Shown piece after piece: positions 30,074-41,260 of a stretch of 51,950 nt of DNA. Positions within the stretch are counted from its first letter, which is position 1. Every line of letters begins with the position of its first letter. The notes under the pieces are model-generated. The model ran no database searches, was not told the origin of the DNA, and was given only the letters and a program-made list of their open reading frames with translations. This DNA is from Myxococcales bacterium (lineage in GTDB: Bacteria > Myxococcota > Myxococcia > Myxococcales > Anaeromyxobacteraceae): NCBI GenBank assembly GCA_038320275.1, contig JBBQEB010000007.1, forward strand, positions 1 to 51,950, in the 5' to 3' direction. The position numbers and the translations under genes were made by a program.

Positions 30074-33000
30074 GGCCCTTCCCCCCCGCCGCGAGCGGCC
30101 GCCGCTCTCCGGTGCGCGGGTCCTCGTCTTCCAGGTCCTCCTCCTCCTGCCGCACCGGTTTCGGCTTCCCCCTCCCAGAGATGACGAGGAAGAAGAGCGG
30201 GACGAAGAGGATGGCGAGGATGGTGGCCGACAGCATGCCTCCGATGACGGCGGTGCCGATGGCGATCTGCCCGCCCGCGCCCGCTCCCCGCGCGATGGCG
30301 AGCGGGAGAACGCCCAGGATGAAGGCGAGCGACGTCATGAGAATGGGGCGGAGCCGCATGCGCGCGGCCTCCATGGCGGCATCGAACGCGCTCTTCCCGC
30401 GCTCGTGCGCCTCCTTCGCGAACTCGACGATGAGGATGGCGTTCTTCGCCGAGAGGCCCACCGTGGTGAGGAGGCCCACCTGGAAGAAGACGTCGTTGTC
30501 GAGCCGCCGGCCCAAGGTGGCGAGCACGGCCCCGAGCACGCCCAGCGGCACCACCATCATCACGGACACGGGGATGGACCAGCTCTCGTAGAGCGCGGCC
30601 AGGCAGAGGAAGACGACGATGAGCGAGATCGCGTAGAGGGCCGGGGCGTTCGCGCCCGAGATGCGCTCTTCGTACGACAGTCCGGACCACTCGTACCCGA
30701 AACCGGCGGGGAGGCTCTTCATGATGCCCTCCAGCGCGCCGAGGGCGTCGCCCGAGGAGTAGCCAGGGGACGGCTCACCCTGGATGGCGACCGACGAGAT
30801 GCCATTGAAGCGCTCCAGTTTCGGAGAGCCATACCCCCATGAACCGCTCGCCATGGCCGAGAACGGGACCATGTCGCCGGTTCGGTTGCGCACGTACCAT
30901 CGGTTCAGGTCCTCGGGCGTCATGCGGAAGGGCGCGTCCGCCTGCATGTACACGCGCTTGGTGCGCCCCTTGTCGAGGAAGTCGTTGACGTAGGCGACCC
31001 CCCAGGTGGACGAGAGCGTGTTGTTCACGTCGGCGATCGAGACCCCGAGCGCCGTCGCCTTCCTCTGATCGACGTCCACCCGGTATTCGGGGGTGTCGTC
31101 GAGGCCGGAAGGGCGCACCTTGGCGAGGCGCGGATCCTTTCGCGCGGCCGCGAGAAGCTGGTTGCGCGCCGCCATGAGCGCGTCGTGGCCCAGCCCGGCG
31201 CGATCCTCGAGCTGGAGCTCGAAGCCGGTCGCGTTGCCGAGCTCGGTCACGGCGGGAGGGCCGAAGACGTACACATTCGCCTCCTTGAGCCCAGCGAAGG
31301 CCTTCGAGGCGCGCGCGGCGACCTGGTCCACCCTGAGCCGGGCGCTCTTGCGCTCGTCCCAGGGGCGCAGGCGGATGAAGGCGACGCCGGCGCTCTGGCC
31401 GCGCGAACCGAAGTTGAAGCCCCCGATCGACATGACGGTCTCGATCGCCTCCTTCTCCTCGGTGAGGAGGTGCTGGCTCACCTTCTCGAGCACCTTGCGC
31501 GTGCTCTCGAGCGTGCTGCCCGGCGGCAGGATCACCTGGGCGTACATGAGCCCCTGGTCCTCCTGAGGGAGAAAGCCGGTGGGCAGCCGGGTGAAGAGGA
31601 ACGCCAGCGCCGCGACCAGTACCGCGTAAGCGATCATCGCCCGCACCCGCCGGCGCAGGAGGAGCTCGACCACCTTGCCGTAGCGCCCGCTGGCGCGGTC
31701 GTAAACGCGGTTGAAGGCGCCGAAGAAGCCGCCCTTCGCGAGGCCGTGCCCCTTCTCGACCGGCTTCAGCAAGGTGGCGCACAGCGCCGGGGTGAGCGAG
31801 AGCGCCACCAGCACCGAGAGCGCCATCGAGGACACGATGGTGATCGAGAACTGGCGATAGATGACGCCCACCGAGCCCGGGAAGAACGCCATGGGCACGA
31901 ACACGGCGGCCAGCACCAGGGCGATGCCGACCAGCGCGCCGGTGATCTGCTTCATCGACTTGCGCGTGGCCGACTTGGGCGAGAGCCCCTCCTCGCTCAT
32001 GACGCGCTCGACGTTCTCCACCACCACGATGGCGTCGTCGACGAGGAGCCCGATGGCGAGCACGAGGCCGAACATGGTGAGCGTGTTCACGCTGAAGCCG
32101 AACGCCGCCAGCACGCCAAAGGTGCCGAGCAGCACCACCGGCACGGCGATGGTCGGGATGAGCGTGGCGCGGAAGTTCTGCAGGAAGAGGAACATCACCA
32201 GGAACACGAGGACGATGGCCTCGAGCAGGGTCTTCACCACCTCCTCGATGGAGAGCCGGACGAACGGCGTCGTGTCGAGCGGGTAGAGCGCCTTCAGGCC
32301 GGGCGGGAAGAACTTCGCCAGCTCGTCGACGCGCGCCTTGACCGCGGACGCCGTCTGGAGCGCGTTGGCCCCGGCGGCGAGCCGCACCCCGATCCCGGAA
32401 GACGGGCTGCCATTGATGAAGGTCTCGATCTCGGAGTTCTCGCCGGCGAGCTCGACCCTCGCGACGTCGCCCAGCCGCACCGCCGAGCCGTCGGGGTTCA
32501 CGCGAACGAGGATCTTCCTGAACTGATCGGCCGTCTGAAGCCGCGTTTGGGAGGTGATGGTCGCGGTGAGCCGCTGTCCCTCCACCGCGGGGAGGCCGCC
32601 GAGCTGCCCGGACGAGATCTGCGCGTTCTGCGCCTGGACCGCCGCCTGCACGTCTGCAGGCGTGAGGTGGTAGTTGGTGAGCCGGTCGGGATTGAGCCAG
32701 ATGCGCATCGCGTACTGCGAGCCGAAGGTGTTCACCTCGCCCACGCCCGAGACGCGGCTGATGGGGTCCTGCATCGTCGTGTACGCGTAGTCCGAGATGT
32801 CGTTGCGGGTCATCGAGCCGTCTGCCGAGAGCAGTCCGATGATGAGCAGGTAGTTCGACACCGATTTCGCGACGCGGACGCCCTGCCGCTGCACCTCTTG
32901 CGGGAGCTGCGGCATGGCGAGCTGGAGCTTGTTCTGCACCTGCACCTGGGCGATGTCGGGGCTCGTCCCGGCGTCGAAGGTGAGCGTCACCTGCGCGTTG

Positions 33001-33257
33001 CCCGCGGCATCGCTCGACGACCCCATGTACCGGAGGCTGTCGAGGCCGTTCATGCGCTGCTCGATGACCTGGGTGACGGTGTCCTCGAGCGTCTTCGCCG
33101 ATGCGCCGGGATAGGTTGCGTAGATGCTGATCTGAGGCGGAGCGATGGCCGGGTATTGCGAGACGGGCAGCCCCAGGATGGAGAGGGCTCCGGCCAGCAT
33201 CACGATGATGCCGACCACCCAGGCGAAGATGGGACGATCGATGAAGAACTGGGCCAC
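30066..33257 (-). CDS. RND multidrug efflux permease (AcrB/MexB-like HAE1)
   Basis: [41 protein letters not shown] and [12 protein letters not shown] motifs. Confidence 0.96.
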   Translation of the reverse strand: MAQFFIDRPIFAWVVGIIVMLAGALSILGLPVSQYPAIAPPQISIYATYPGASAKTLEDTVTQVIEQRMNGLDSLRYMGSSSDAAGNAQVTLTFDAGTSPDIAQVQVQNKLQLAMPQLPQEVQRQGVRVAKSVSNYLLIIGLLSADGSMTRNDISDYAYTTMQDPISRVSGVGEVNTFGSQYAMRIWLNPDRLTNYHLTPADVQAAVQAQNAQISSGQLGGLPAVEGQRLTATITSQTRLQTADQFRKILVRVNPDGSAVRLGDVARVELAGENSEIETFINGSPSSGIGVRLAAGANALQTASAVKARVDELAKFFPPGLKALYPLDTTPFVRLSIEEVVKTLLEAIVLVFLVMFLFLQNFRATLIPTIAVPVVLLGTFGVLAAFGFSVNTLTMFGLVLAIGLLVDDAIVVVENVERVMSEEGLSPKSATRKSMKQITGALVGIALVLAAVFVPMAFFPGSVGVIYRQFSITIVSSMALSVLVALSLTPALCATLLKPVEKGHGLAKGGFFGAFNRVYDRASGRYGKVVELLLRRRVRAMIAYAVLVAALAFLFTRLPTGFLPQEDQGLMYAQVILPPGSTLESTRKVLEKVSQHLLTEEKEAIETVMSIGGFNFGSRGQSAGVAFIRLRPWDERKSARLRVDQVAARASKAFAGLKEANVYVFGPPAVTELGNATGFELQLEDRAGLGHDALMAARNQLLAAARKDPRLAKVRPSGLDDTPEYRVDVDQRKATALGVSIADVNNTLSSTWGVAYVNDFLDKGRTKRVYMQADAPFRMTPEDLNRWYVRNRTGDMVPFSAMASGSWGYGSPKLERFNGISSVAIQGEPSPGYSSGDALGALEGIMKSLPAGFGYEWSGLSYEERISGANAPALYAISLIVVFLCLAALYESWSIPVSVMMVVPLGVLGAVLATLGRRLDNDVFFQVGLLTTVGLSAKNAILIVEFAKEAHERGKSAFDAAMEAARMRLRPILMTSLAFILGVLPLAIARGAGAGGQIAIGTAVIGGMLSATILAILFVPLFFLVISGRGKPKPVRQEEEDLEDEDPRTGERRPLAAGGKGHA

Positions 33258-33284
33258 GGTGGAGCCTCGCGTCGTTGGGGCGGA

Positions 33285-34514
33285 TTACCGCGCTGCCTGC
33301 TTCGGCTCCCCGGCGGCGGCGCCGGCGGGCCTGGGGGCGCCCGCGGCAGGAGGGGCGCCGGGCGTCGTGGTCGCGGCATTCTTCGGTCCCGTGACCACCG
33401 GCACCGGCTTCACCTCCGCGCCCGGCCGGACCTTCTGCAAGCCCTCCACGATCACCTGCTCGCCGGGCTGGAGCCCGGAGGTCACCAGCCAGGCATCGCC
33501 GATGGCTCGGTCGGTCACGATCTTCCGGAGCTCGACCTTCCTGTCGGGGCTCACGACGAGCGCGGTGGGGAGGCCCTTCTGATCGCGCGTCACGCCGACC
33601 TGGGGCACCAGCAGCGCTCGAGGATTCACGCCCTCGGTGAGCCGGGCCCGCACGAACATGCCCGGCAACAGCTCGCCGCCAGGATTCGGGACCACCGCGC
33701 GCAGCCCGATGGAGCCGGTGCTCGGATCGACGCTGACGTCCGAGAACTGGAGCGCCCCGGGCCTGCCGTACTCGCGGCCGTCCTCGAGCAGCACCGTCAC
33801 GCGCGCCCCGCCGTTCTCCGCGCGCTGCAGTTTGCCGCTCTCCAGCGCACGGCGCAGGTCGAGCGCCTCGGTGGAGGACTGGGTGAGGTCGACGTACAAG
33901 GGATCGAGCTGCTGGATCGTGGCGAGCAGCGTCGCCTGGCCCGCCTGCACGTAAGCGCCCTCGGTCACCGACGACCGCCCGATGCGGCCCGCCACGGGCG
34001 CGGTCACGCGGGTGTAGTCGAGGTTGATGCGGGCGGTCTGGACAGCCGCGCGGCCGGCGCCCACGTCGGCCTCGGAGGCCTTCAGCCCCGCGACCGCGCT
34101 GTCGTACTCCTGCCGGCTCACGGCGTTGTCCTTCACGAGGTCGGTCATGCGCTGGGCCTGCAGCTTCGCATTGGCGACGTTCGCCTCCGCGCGGGCCAGC
34201 ATCGCCTTGGCGCTGTCGAGCGACGCCTGATATGGCGCGGGATCGATCCGGTAGAGGACCTGCCCCTCCTTGACGTCGGTGCCTTCCTCGAACAGCCGCT
34301 TCAGGACGATCCCGTTCACGCGTGCGCGGACCTCGGCCACTCGGAAAGCGGAGGTGCGGCCAGGAAGCTCCCGGGTGAGCGTGACCGAGGTGGGCGCGAC
34401 GGTCACGACGCCGACCTCGATCGGACCGGCGACGGGGGGAGGCGCGGCCTTGCCCTTGCAGCCTGCGAACAGCACCAAGGTGGGGAGAACGATGAACAGG
34501 GGTCGGGTGCGCAT
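33285..34514 (-). CDS. RND efflux periplasmic adaptor lipoprotein (AcrA/MexA-like)
   Basis: Lipobox FAGC, ELPGRTSAFRVAEVRARV, APVAGRIG, LLPGMFVR and EGLQKVRPG. ATG at 34514. Confidence 0.93.
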   Translation of the reverse strand: MRTRPLFIVLPTLVLFAGCKGKAAPPPVAGPIEVGVVTVAPTSVTLTRELPGRTSAFRVAEVRARVNGIVLKRLFEEGTDVKEGQVLYRIDPAPYQASLDSAKAMLARAEANVANAKLQAQRMTDLVKDNAVSRQEYDSAVAGLKASEADVGAGRAAVQTARINLDYTRVTAPVAGRIGRSSVTEGAYVQAGQATLLATIQQLDPLYVDLTQSSTEALDLRRALESGKLQRAENGGARVTVLLEDGREYGRPGALQFSDVSVDPSTGSIGLRAVVPNPGGELLPGMFVRARLTEGVNPRALLVPQVGVTRDQKGLPTALVVSPDRKVELRKIVTDRAIGDAWLVTSGLQPGEQVIVEGLQKVRPGAEVKPVPVVTGPKNAATTTPGAPPAAGAPRPAGAAAGEPKQAAR

Positions 34515-34568
34515 TTCAGGCTTTCCGCATGACGTGGGCTGGACCGCGCGCACGGGCGCTGCGGCGAC

Positions 34569-34610
34569 TTGACGCACTCATACTGAACGGTGCAGTTTAG
34601 CGCAAGCGTC
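34569..34610. promoter_or_regulatory. Divergent promoter region with putative TetR operator
   Basis: Inverted repeat ACTGaAC-G-GTgCAGT (34582-34596) sits in the spacer of a minus-strand TTGCGC-N17-TATGAG and downstream of a plus-strand TTGACG. Confidence 0.65.
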
Positions 34611-34613
34611 GAG

Positions 34614-35240
34614 ATGAGCGAAACGCCCACAGCCCTTCCGTCGAGCGGACTTCTCCCCGCCAAGCGACGCCAGATCCTGGCGGGAGCCCGGCAGACGTTC
34701 GGCGAGCTCGGCTTCGAGCGCGCCAGCGTGGACCTGGTCGCCGCCCGTGCCGGGGTCTCCAAGGCCACCCTCTACAATCATTTCGACGACAAGAAGGCCC
34801 TCTTCATCGCGTGCTTCTCGGAGGAGGTGGAGGAGATGCGGGCCCGGGTACGCACCTGCCTCGGCGAGCCGGGCACGGGCCTCGTGGGGGCGCTGGAGCG
34901 CGCGGGCCAGGGGCTCGTATACCTCGCCATCTCGCCGGCCGTCGTCAGGCTGTACCGCTCGACCGTGGCCGAGACGGGACGCTTTCCCGAGCTGGGCCAG
35001 ACACTCTTCGAGCGCGGGCCCCGCGCCATTCAGGACGCGCTCGCCGCGTTCCTCTCGGTTTGGCACGAGCGGGGCGACCTCCGCGTCGATGACCCTCGCA
35101 CCGCAGCCATCCAGTTCAGCTTCCTGTGCCAGGGTGACCTGACGCTCCGCGCGCAGCTCGGCCTCGAGCCGACGCAGGAGGATGTCCGGAGCAGCGTCGC
35201 GCGCGGCGTGCACACGTTCCTGCGCGCGTACCGGCGTTGA
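34614..35240 (+). CDS. TetR/AcrR family transcriptional regulator
   Basis: KRRQILAGA...GFERASVDLVAARAGVSKATLYNHFDDK helix-turn-helix; divergent from the efflux operon. Confidence 0.93.
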   Translation: MSETPTALPSSGLLPAKRRQILAGARQTFGELGFERASVDLVAARAGVSKATLYNHFDDKKALFIACFSEEVEEMRARVRTCLGEPGTGLVGALERAGQGLVYLAISPAVVRLYRSTVAETGRFPELGQTLFERGPRAIQDALAAFLSVWHERGDLRVDDPRTAAIQFSFLCQGDLTLRAQLGLEPTQEDVRSSVARGVHTFLRAYRR

Positions 35241-35308
35241 CCTAAAGTACGTGGCGACCACGGGCTGGAGCCGCGTGGAAGGTCGTGGTCCTCGACCCGG
35301 AGCGCCGC

Positions 35309-37474
35309 ATGCGCCTCTTCACCCTTCTCGCAGCTTTCCTGCCCTTGGCCGCGGCCGCCCTCGCGCCCGCTCCGCCCCTCGTCTCTCCCGATGGCATCGA
35401 GATCGCTGGCGCCGATGCCGGCGTGGTGCGCGCCCCGAGCGCTCCGGGCGCCTGGGGTGGCCCGCGCACCGGAGCGGAGCCCGCGCTCTCGGACCGGGTG
35501 GCGAGCTACAGGCTGCGGGCCGTGCTCGACCCGGTGAAGCACACCATCGAGGGCACGGAGCAGCTCACCTGGCGCAACCGCTCGGCGGTGCCGGTGAAGA
35601 GTCTCTACGTGCACCTCTACCTGAACGCCTTCGCCTCTCCCGGCTCCACCTTCCTCACCGAGGCGCACGAGCTCGGCGGGTTCCGCAGTGGCCAGTTCGA
35701 GATCAAGAAGGGCGAGTGGGGCGGCATCGAGCTCCGCAGCGTCACCCAGGGAGGGCGGCCTGTCGCCACCACCTTCGTCCATCCCGATGGCGGCCCGGAA
35801 GCCGATCACACGGTGGCGCGCCTCGACCTGCCCGAAGCGGTGGCGCCCGGGGCCACGGCCATCATCGACATCGCCTTTCACGACCAGCTCCCCCGCGTCG
35901 TGGCGCGCACCGGTTGGTTCGGGACGTTCCACCTCGCCGGCCAGTGGTTCCCCAAGGTCGGCGTGCTGGAGCTCCCGGGCGAGCGCGGCGCCACCCGCCC
36001 TCGCTGGAACGCCCACGAGCTCCACCTGAACAGCGAGTTCTACGCGGACTTCGGCGCCTACGCGCTGGAGGTGGTGGCGCCGAGGGGCTACACCGTCGCG
36101 GCGAGCGGCGTGCAACAGGGGTCGCCCGAGGACCGCCCCGAGGGCGTCCTCCACCGCTTCCGCGCCGACGACGTGCACGACGTCGCCTTCACCGCCTGGA
36201 ACGGCTTCGCCCCTCCGCTCACGGCGCGATACAGCGGGCCGGGGAGCCCCGAGGTCAGCGTGCAGGTGCTCTACCCGCCGGAGTACGAGCGCGGCGCTCG
36301 CGTCGCGCTCCAGACCACCCTCGACGCGCTGGCCTACTTTTCCCGCACGCTCGGGCCCTATCCCTATCCCGCCGTCACCTGCGTCGTGCCGCCCTTCAAC
36401 GCCTTCGAGGCGGGGGGCATGGAGTACGAGACGTTCTTCACGACGATCGCTGGAGCCTCCTTCCCGCTCGATCAGGACTCCATCGTCCGGTACACCACGG
36501 TCCACGAGTTCGGGCACGGCTACTTCATGGGGCTGCTCGCCTCCAACGAATTCGAGGAGCCGTTCCTCGACGAGGGAATGAACGAGCTGTGGGACAGCCG
36601 CATGCTCGCGGGCGAGCCCTGGAAGCTGCGACTGCCGTGGCTGCCTCGCCTCCTCGGGCTCTCCTTCCCCGACCTCGACATCTGGGATTTCCAGCGCCTC
36701 GCCGGGACGACCCGCTGGCCGGCGGACCCGATCGCAGGAAGCTCCTGGCACCGCTGGTCGAAGGGCAGCTACGCCCTCGTGTATCCGCGCACCGCGCTCG
36801 TCTTCCACGACCTCGAGCGCCGGCTCGGTGGCGACCTCTTCGCGCGCGGCATGCGGCTCTACTACGCGCGCTGGCACCATCGGCACCCGAGCGCCGCCGA
36901 CCTTCGCGAGGCGCTGGTGGACGCCGGGGCCGAGCGCGCGCTCATCGAGCGCTATTTCGAGGAGCAGGTGTACGGGGCGTCGCCGGTCGACGACCGGGTC
37001 GAGGTGGTGGCCTCGGAGGAGGTGGTGCCGCTTCCCGGTCCGGCCACGCGCGACGGACGGTACGTGGAGCGCGAGGCCAAGGAGGTCGATCGCGAGATCG
37101 CCGACGCGCGCGCCGCCTGGAAGAAGGCGCACGGCGAGCCGAAGGAGGGCGGACCCGGTCCTTACCCGTGGCGGAGCACGGTGAAGGTGCGCCGCTATGC
37201 CGCGGGCGTTCCGCAGACCTTGGCCATCTCCTTCGAGGACGGCTCGGTGGAGCGCCTGCCCTTCACCTCCGGTGAGCGCTGGCAGCGCTTCGTCCTGGAG
37301 CGCCCGGTGAAGGTCGCTTCCGCGCGGCTCGACGAGGGGCGCGACGTGCTCCTCGACCTCGACAAGCTGGACGACGGCCGCACGCGCCAACCCCATCGCC
37401 GCGCCTCGGTCCGCCTGTCGCTGGACGCGGGCGCCTGGATCGAGCTCCTCCTCGCGGCGCTGGAGGCGCTGTGA
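35309..37474 (+). CDS. Secreted M1 family zinc aminopeptidase
   Basis: Signal peptide, GGMEY and HEFGH...NEFEEPFLDEG (HEXXH-x18-E) motifs. Confidence 0.9.
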   Translation: MRLFTLLAAFLPLAAAALAPAPPLVSPDGIEIAGADAGVVRAPSAPGAWGGPRTGAEPALSDRVASYRLRAVLDPVKHTIEGTEQLTWRNRSAVPVKSLYVHLYLNAFASPGSTFLTEAHELGGFRSGQFEIKKGEWGGIELRSVTQGGRPVATTFVHPDGGPEADHTVARLDLPEAVAPGATAIIDIAFHDQLPRVVARTGWFGTFHLAGQWFPKVGVLELPGERGATRPRWNAHELHLNSEFYADFGAYALEVVAPRGYTVAASGVQQGSPEDRPEGVLHRFRADDVHDVAFTAWNGFAPPLTARYSGPGSPEVSVQVLYPPEYERGARVALQTTLDALAYFSRTLGPYPYPAVTCVVPPFNAFEAGGMEYETFFTTIAGASFPLDQDSIVRYTTVHEFGHGYFMGLLASNEFEEPFLDEGMNELWDSRMLAGEPWKLRLPWLPRLLGLSFPDLDIWDFQRLAGTTRWPADPIAGSSWHRWSKGSYALVYPRTALVFHDLERRLGGDLFARGMRLYYARWHHRHPSAADLREALVDAGAERALIERYFEEQVYGASPVDDRVEVVASEEVVPLPGPATRDGRYVEREAKEVDREIADARAAWKKAHGEPKEGGPGPYPWRSTVKVRRYAAGVPQTLAISFEDGSVERLPFTSGERWQRFVLERPVKVASARLDEGRDVLLDLDKLDDGRTRQPHRRASVRLSLDAGAWIELLLAALEAL

Positions 37475-38379
37475 CCTCGCCCGGCCTGCTCCGGGCCGCC
37501 TTCGCCCGCGCGCTGCAGCCGCACCTCCTCCTCCTGGGGATCGCCGCCGCCGCCCTGCCCTCGGCCCTAGCCGTGCTGCCGCTCTGGCGATTCATCGCGG
37601 CCCGGCTCGACCATGCCCTGGGGGCGCGCGAGCTCGCGCGCGGGCTCGACTCCGCCGCCCTGGTCGACCTCGCGAGGGCGCTCGGCGACGGTCCGCACGC
37701 GCTGACCGTTCCGGGCGGGCTCCTCGCGGCGGCCCTGGTGGGCCTCCTCGTCGGGCCGGTGCCGGCCGGAGCCGCGCTGGCCGCTTCGCGATCGCGGCAG
37801 CCCCTCCCGTTCCGGGCGCTCCTCGCAGGGTCGGGCGAGCACTACGGCCGGCTCCTGCGCACCCTCCTCGTCGCGCTGGTGCCGCTCGGGGTCGCGGCCC
37901 TCGGGGCGAGCCTCGCGGCCAAGCTGGCGGGCGGGGCGGCGGCGCGAGCGGTGACCGAAGCGGCCGCCCGGCGTGCCGGGCTCGTCGCCGCCGGGGTCAC
38001 GGCGGCGCTCCTCTTCCTGGCGCAGCTCACGCTCGACGCGGGCCGGGCCCACTTCGCGGTCCAGCCACAGCGCAGGAGCGCGCTCCTCGCCTGGGCCGCC
38101 GGCGCGCGCCTCCTCGTGCGGAGGCCGCTGCGCGCGCTCGCCCTGGGGCTCCTGAGCGTGGCGGTGGCGGCGGGAGGCGGGCTCCTCGCCATGGCCGTCC
38201 GCCAGGGGCTCGACCGCCGCGCCTCGGGGCCCTACATGATCAGGGCCTTCGTCCTCTCGCAGCTCGCGGTGGCCTTCGTGGTCTGGGGCCGCAGCGCGCG
38301 GCTCATCGGGCTCGCCGAACTGGCGGAGCGCGACCAGGCGGCCAGGGCGAGGCAGCGGGCGGGCATTCACGAGGGGTGA
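37471..38379 (+). CDS. Polytopic membrane protein of unknown function, coupled to the M1 peptidase
   Basis: GTGA overlap with the peptidase stop; about 6 hydrophobic segments. Confidence 0.75.
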   Translation: MTSPGLLRAAFARALQPHLLLLGIAAAALPSALAVLPLWRFIAARLDHALGARELARGLDSAALVDLARALGDGPHALTVPGGLLAAALVGLLVGPVPAGAALAASRSRQPLPFRALLAGSGEHYGRLLRTLLVALVPLGVAALGASLAAKLAGGAAARAVTEAAARRAGLVAAGVTAALLFLAQLTLDAGRAHFAVQPQRRSALLAWAAGARLLVRRPLRALALGLLSVAVAAGGGLLAMAVRQGLDRRASGPYMIRAFVLSQLAVAFVVWGRSARLIGLAELAERDQAARARQRAGIHEG

Positions 38380-38388
38380 GAGGGAGGC

Positions 38389-38420
38389 GGCGACCTCGAC
38401 CTCGACCGCGACCGCGACCT
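38389..38420. repeat. Short hexamer run (CGACCN)5, intergenic
   Basis: cgacctcgacctcgaccgcgaccgcgacct. Confidence 0.6.
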
Positions 38421-38469
38421 GGGCGCTCGCCGCGGGGCGCACCGGCGGCCCTTCCATTACTCAGGTCGC

Positions 38470-39462
38470 ATGGAGACCACGCGACTCGGCAGGACGGGGC
38501 TGGAGGTGAGCCGGCTCTGCCTCGGCACCATGAACTTCGGCGCGGAGACCGAGGAGTCGGACGCCTTCCGCATCATGGATCGTGCGCTCGAGCACGGCGT
38601 CACGTTCTTCGACACGGCCAACGTCTACGGCACCAAGATCGGCGCCGGGAACAAGCTGCCGCACGACGGCCGCACCGAGGCCATCCTGGGGCGCTGGTTC
38701 GCGCAGGGAGGGGGACGGCGCGAGCGGGTCGTGCTCGCGACGAAGGTGTACGGCACCATGTGGGAGGGCCCGAACGGCCGCGGCCTGTCGGCGCTCCACA
38801 TCCGCCGCGCGTGCGAGGAGAGCCTCCGCCGCCTGCAGACGGATCACCTCGACCTCTATCAGATGCACCACGTTCACCGCGCCACGCCCTGGGACGAGCT
38901 GTGGCAGGCGATGGACCTGCTGGTCGCGCAGGGGAAGGTGCTCTACGTGGGGAGCAGCAACTTCGCGGGGTGGCACATCGCGCAGGCGTGCGAGGCGGCG
39001 CACCGGCGCCGCTCCCTCGGCCTCGTCTCGGAGCAGAGCCTCTACAATCTCACCGCGCGCACGGTGGAGCTGGAGGTCGTTCCGGCCTGCCGCGCCTATG
39101 GCCTCGGCATCTTGCCCTGGAGCCCGCTCGCCGGCGGGCTCCTGGGCGGCGTGCTGGGAAAGGCCGCCGCCGGCCGGCGGGCGAGCCCGCGGATCCAGGA
39201 GCGCATCGAGAAGCACCGCCCGCAGCTCGAGCGCTACGAGAAGCTGTGCGCCGCGGCAGGGCAGCGCCCGGCGGACGTGGCGATGGCGTGGCTCCTGGGC
39301 CGGCCGGGCGTCAGCGCGCCCATCATGGGGCCTCGCACCGTCGAGCAGCTCGACGAGGCGGTGCGCGCGGCCGAGGTGAAGCTCGACGCCGCCACCGTGA
39401 AGGAGCTCGACGCAATCTGGCCCGGGCCGGGCGGGGAGGCGCCGGAGGCGTACGCCTGGTGA
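38470..39462 (+). CDS. Aldo/keto reductase
   Basis: CLGTMNFG, FDTANVYG, LATK, DLYQMH, GSSNF and PWSPLAGG motifs; ends APEAYAW. Confidence 0.93.
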   Translation: METTRLGRTGLEVSRLCLGTMNFGAETEESDAFRIMDRALEHGVTFFDTANVYGTKIGAGNKLPHDGRTEAILGRWFAQGGGRRERVVLATKVYGTMWEGPNGRGLSALHIRRACEESLRRLQTDHLDLYQMHHVHRATPWDELWQAMDLLVAQGKVLYVGSSNFAGWHIAQACEAAHRRRSLGLVSEQSLYNLTARTVELEVVPACRAYGLGILPWSPLAGGLLGGVLGKAAAGRRASPRIQERIEKHRPQLERYEKLCAAAGQRPADVAMAWLLGRPGVSAPIMGPRTVEQLDEAVRAAEVKLDAATVKELDAIWPGPGGEAPEAYAW

Positions 39463-39466
39463 TCCC

Positions 39467-41260
39467 TCACCCCAGCGCGGGACGTTCCGTCCCCACGCCG
39501 GCCGCGCGCTCCAGCGCGAGCCCCAGGCGGCAGAGCGTCCCCTCGTCGTAGAGGCGGCTCCAGAGCGAGATCCCGTGCGGCACCCGCGCGCTCGCCGGCA
39601 GGCGGCGCGGCTCCTTCTCGGCCCAGTCGCTGCGCAGGGCCGTGATGCTGCGGAACCCCGTTCGCAGCGTCAGGCACGGATGGCCGGTGAAGTTCGTGAT
39701 CGTGAGCATGGGGCCCGCCAGCGCCGGGCCGGCGAGGGCGTCCACCTGCCCGAACACCTTCGCCATCTCCTCCATCGCCCGCCGCCGCAGGCGATCCGCC
39801 TGCACCATGTCCACCGCCGTGATGAACCGGGCCGCCCGCCAGATGTTGGGCCAGGCATCGGGCACCTGCATCCGGAGCGCATCGTCCCCGTGCGAGAGCG
39901 TCAGCTCCTCGAAGGCCGCTGCCGACTCGGCCATCAGGATGGGCAGGAGCGCGTCCCAGGGCAGGTCCGGGAGCTTCACCTCGACGAGCTCCACGCCGGT
40001 GCGGCGGAGGAGGTCGAGCGCGGCGCGGTCCTCGGGAAGGGCATCCTTGTCCCCGAGCCAGGCCGGGTCGAAGCCGACGCGAAGGCCTTTCACGCCGCGC
40101 GTGAGGTCGATGGCCAGCGGCACGGAGACGCTGCTCGGGTCGCCCGGGTCGGCGCCGTCGAGGGAGGCCAGCACCAGCGCCGTGTCCTCCACGCCCCGCG
40201 CGATGGGGCCGAGCTTGTCGAGCGACCAGCAGAGCGGCATGGCGCCGGTGCGCGGCACGCGGCCGAAGGTGGGCCGCAGCCCCGTCACGCCGCAGCGAAT
40301 CGACGGCGAGACGATCGAGCCGAGCGTCTCCGAGCCGAGGGCGAAGGGGACGAGGCCCGCCGCCACCGCCGAGGCCGACCCGGCAGACGATCCCGAGGAC
40401 CCCTCCTCCGGGAGCCACGGGTTGCGCGTCTGCCCACCGAACCAGACGTCGTTCAGGGCGAGCGCGCCCAGCGACAGCTTGGCGACCAGCACCGCGCCGG
40501 CGGCACGCAGCCGGACGACGACGGCGGCATCGCGTTCCGGCACGCGATCCTGGAACGGCTCGGCGCCGAAGGTGGTCGCGGTGCCCGCAGTGTCGAGGAG
40601 GTCCTTGGCGCCGTAGGGGATGCCGTGGAGCGGCCCGCGCCAGCGCCCGGCGGCGAGGTCCCGATCGGCCGCGGCCGCCTCGCGCAGAGCGGCCTCCTCG
40701 AGGATCGTGATGGTGCACAGCAGCCTCGGCTGGAAGCGCTTCAGCCGCTCCAGGCAGAGCCGTGTCAGGCGCACGCTGGTGAGCTCGCGCGCGCGGATGA
40801 AGCGCGACAGGTCGGCCACCGGCGCGAAGGCGAGATCCTCGTCCGTCGCCGGGAGCCGCGCCGCAGCCGCGCGTGGGCGCAGGAACCGGCTCTTGCCTGC
40901 CGGGCGGCGCATCCCCGGGAGAAGCGGATCGAAGCGCGTGGCCGGCGCCAGCGCGAAGGGCAGCGGCACCTTGCGCCGCTTCGCCGGCCAGGAGAGCTGG
41001 TCCGAGAGGGTCTCCACGATGGTCGACCGCTGCGCGGGCCGGTACTCGACCCCAGCGAGCTTCTCCGCCTCGGCGATGGTGGCGGGCGTGATGCCGGGGG
41101 GAGCTGCGCCCGGCGCTCCGAACGCGCCCGGCACCGCGGCAGAGCCGCCGTCGAGGGGGCCTCCATCCGGCGCCTGGCCTCGGGCGGGAGCCGCGGCCGC
41201 GGCGGCGAGGAGCGCCGCCGACGAGAGAAAGGTCCGGCGGGAGAGCTGGGGGTCGTGCAT
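39467..41260 (-). CDS. Amidase signature family enzyme, Tat-exported
   Basis: SRRTFL Tat motif, GAKDLL, GSSGSSAGS and GSETLGSI (Lys-cisSer-Ser triad); GAAGGAG RBS before ATG 41260. Confidence 0.9.
   Translation of the reverse strand: MHDPQLSRRTFLSSAALLAAAAAAPARGQAPDGGPLDGGSAAVPGAFGAPGAAPPGITPATIAEAEKLAGVEYRPAQRSTIVETLSDQLSWPAKRRKVPLPFALAPATRFDPLLPGMRRPAGKSRFLRPRAAAARLPATDEDLAFAPVADLSRFIRARELTSVRLTRLCLERLKRFQPRLLCTITILEEAALREAAAADRDLAAGRWRGPLHGIPYGAKDLLDTAGTATTFGAEPFQDRVPERDAAVVVRLRAAGAVLVAKLSLGALALNDVWFGGQTRNPWLPEEGSSGSSAGSASAVAAGLVPFALGSETLGSIVSPSIRCGVTGLRPTFGRVPRTGAMPLCWSLDKLGPIARGVEDTALVLASLDGADPGDPSSVSVPLAIDLTRGVKGLRVGFDPAWLGDKDALPEDRAALDLLRRTGVELVEVKLPDLPWDALLPILMAESAAAFEELTLSHGDDALRMQVPDAWPNIWRAARFITAVDMVQADRLRRRAMEEMAKVFGQVDALAGPALAGPMLTITNFTGHPCLTLRTGFRSITALRSDWAEKEPRRLPASARVPHGISLWSRLYDEGTLCRLGLALERAAGVGTERPALG

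Noticed and set aside
31185..34532. 1115-aa plus-strand ORF (and the similar 1078-aa minus-strand ORF at 17041-20277)
   Set aside because: Shadow or alternative frames over well-supported genes; Arg/Gly/Ala-rich with no domain signal.
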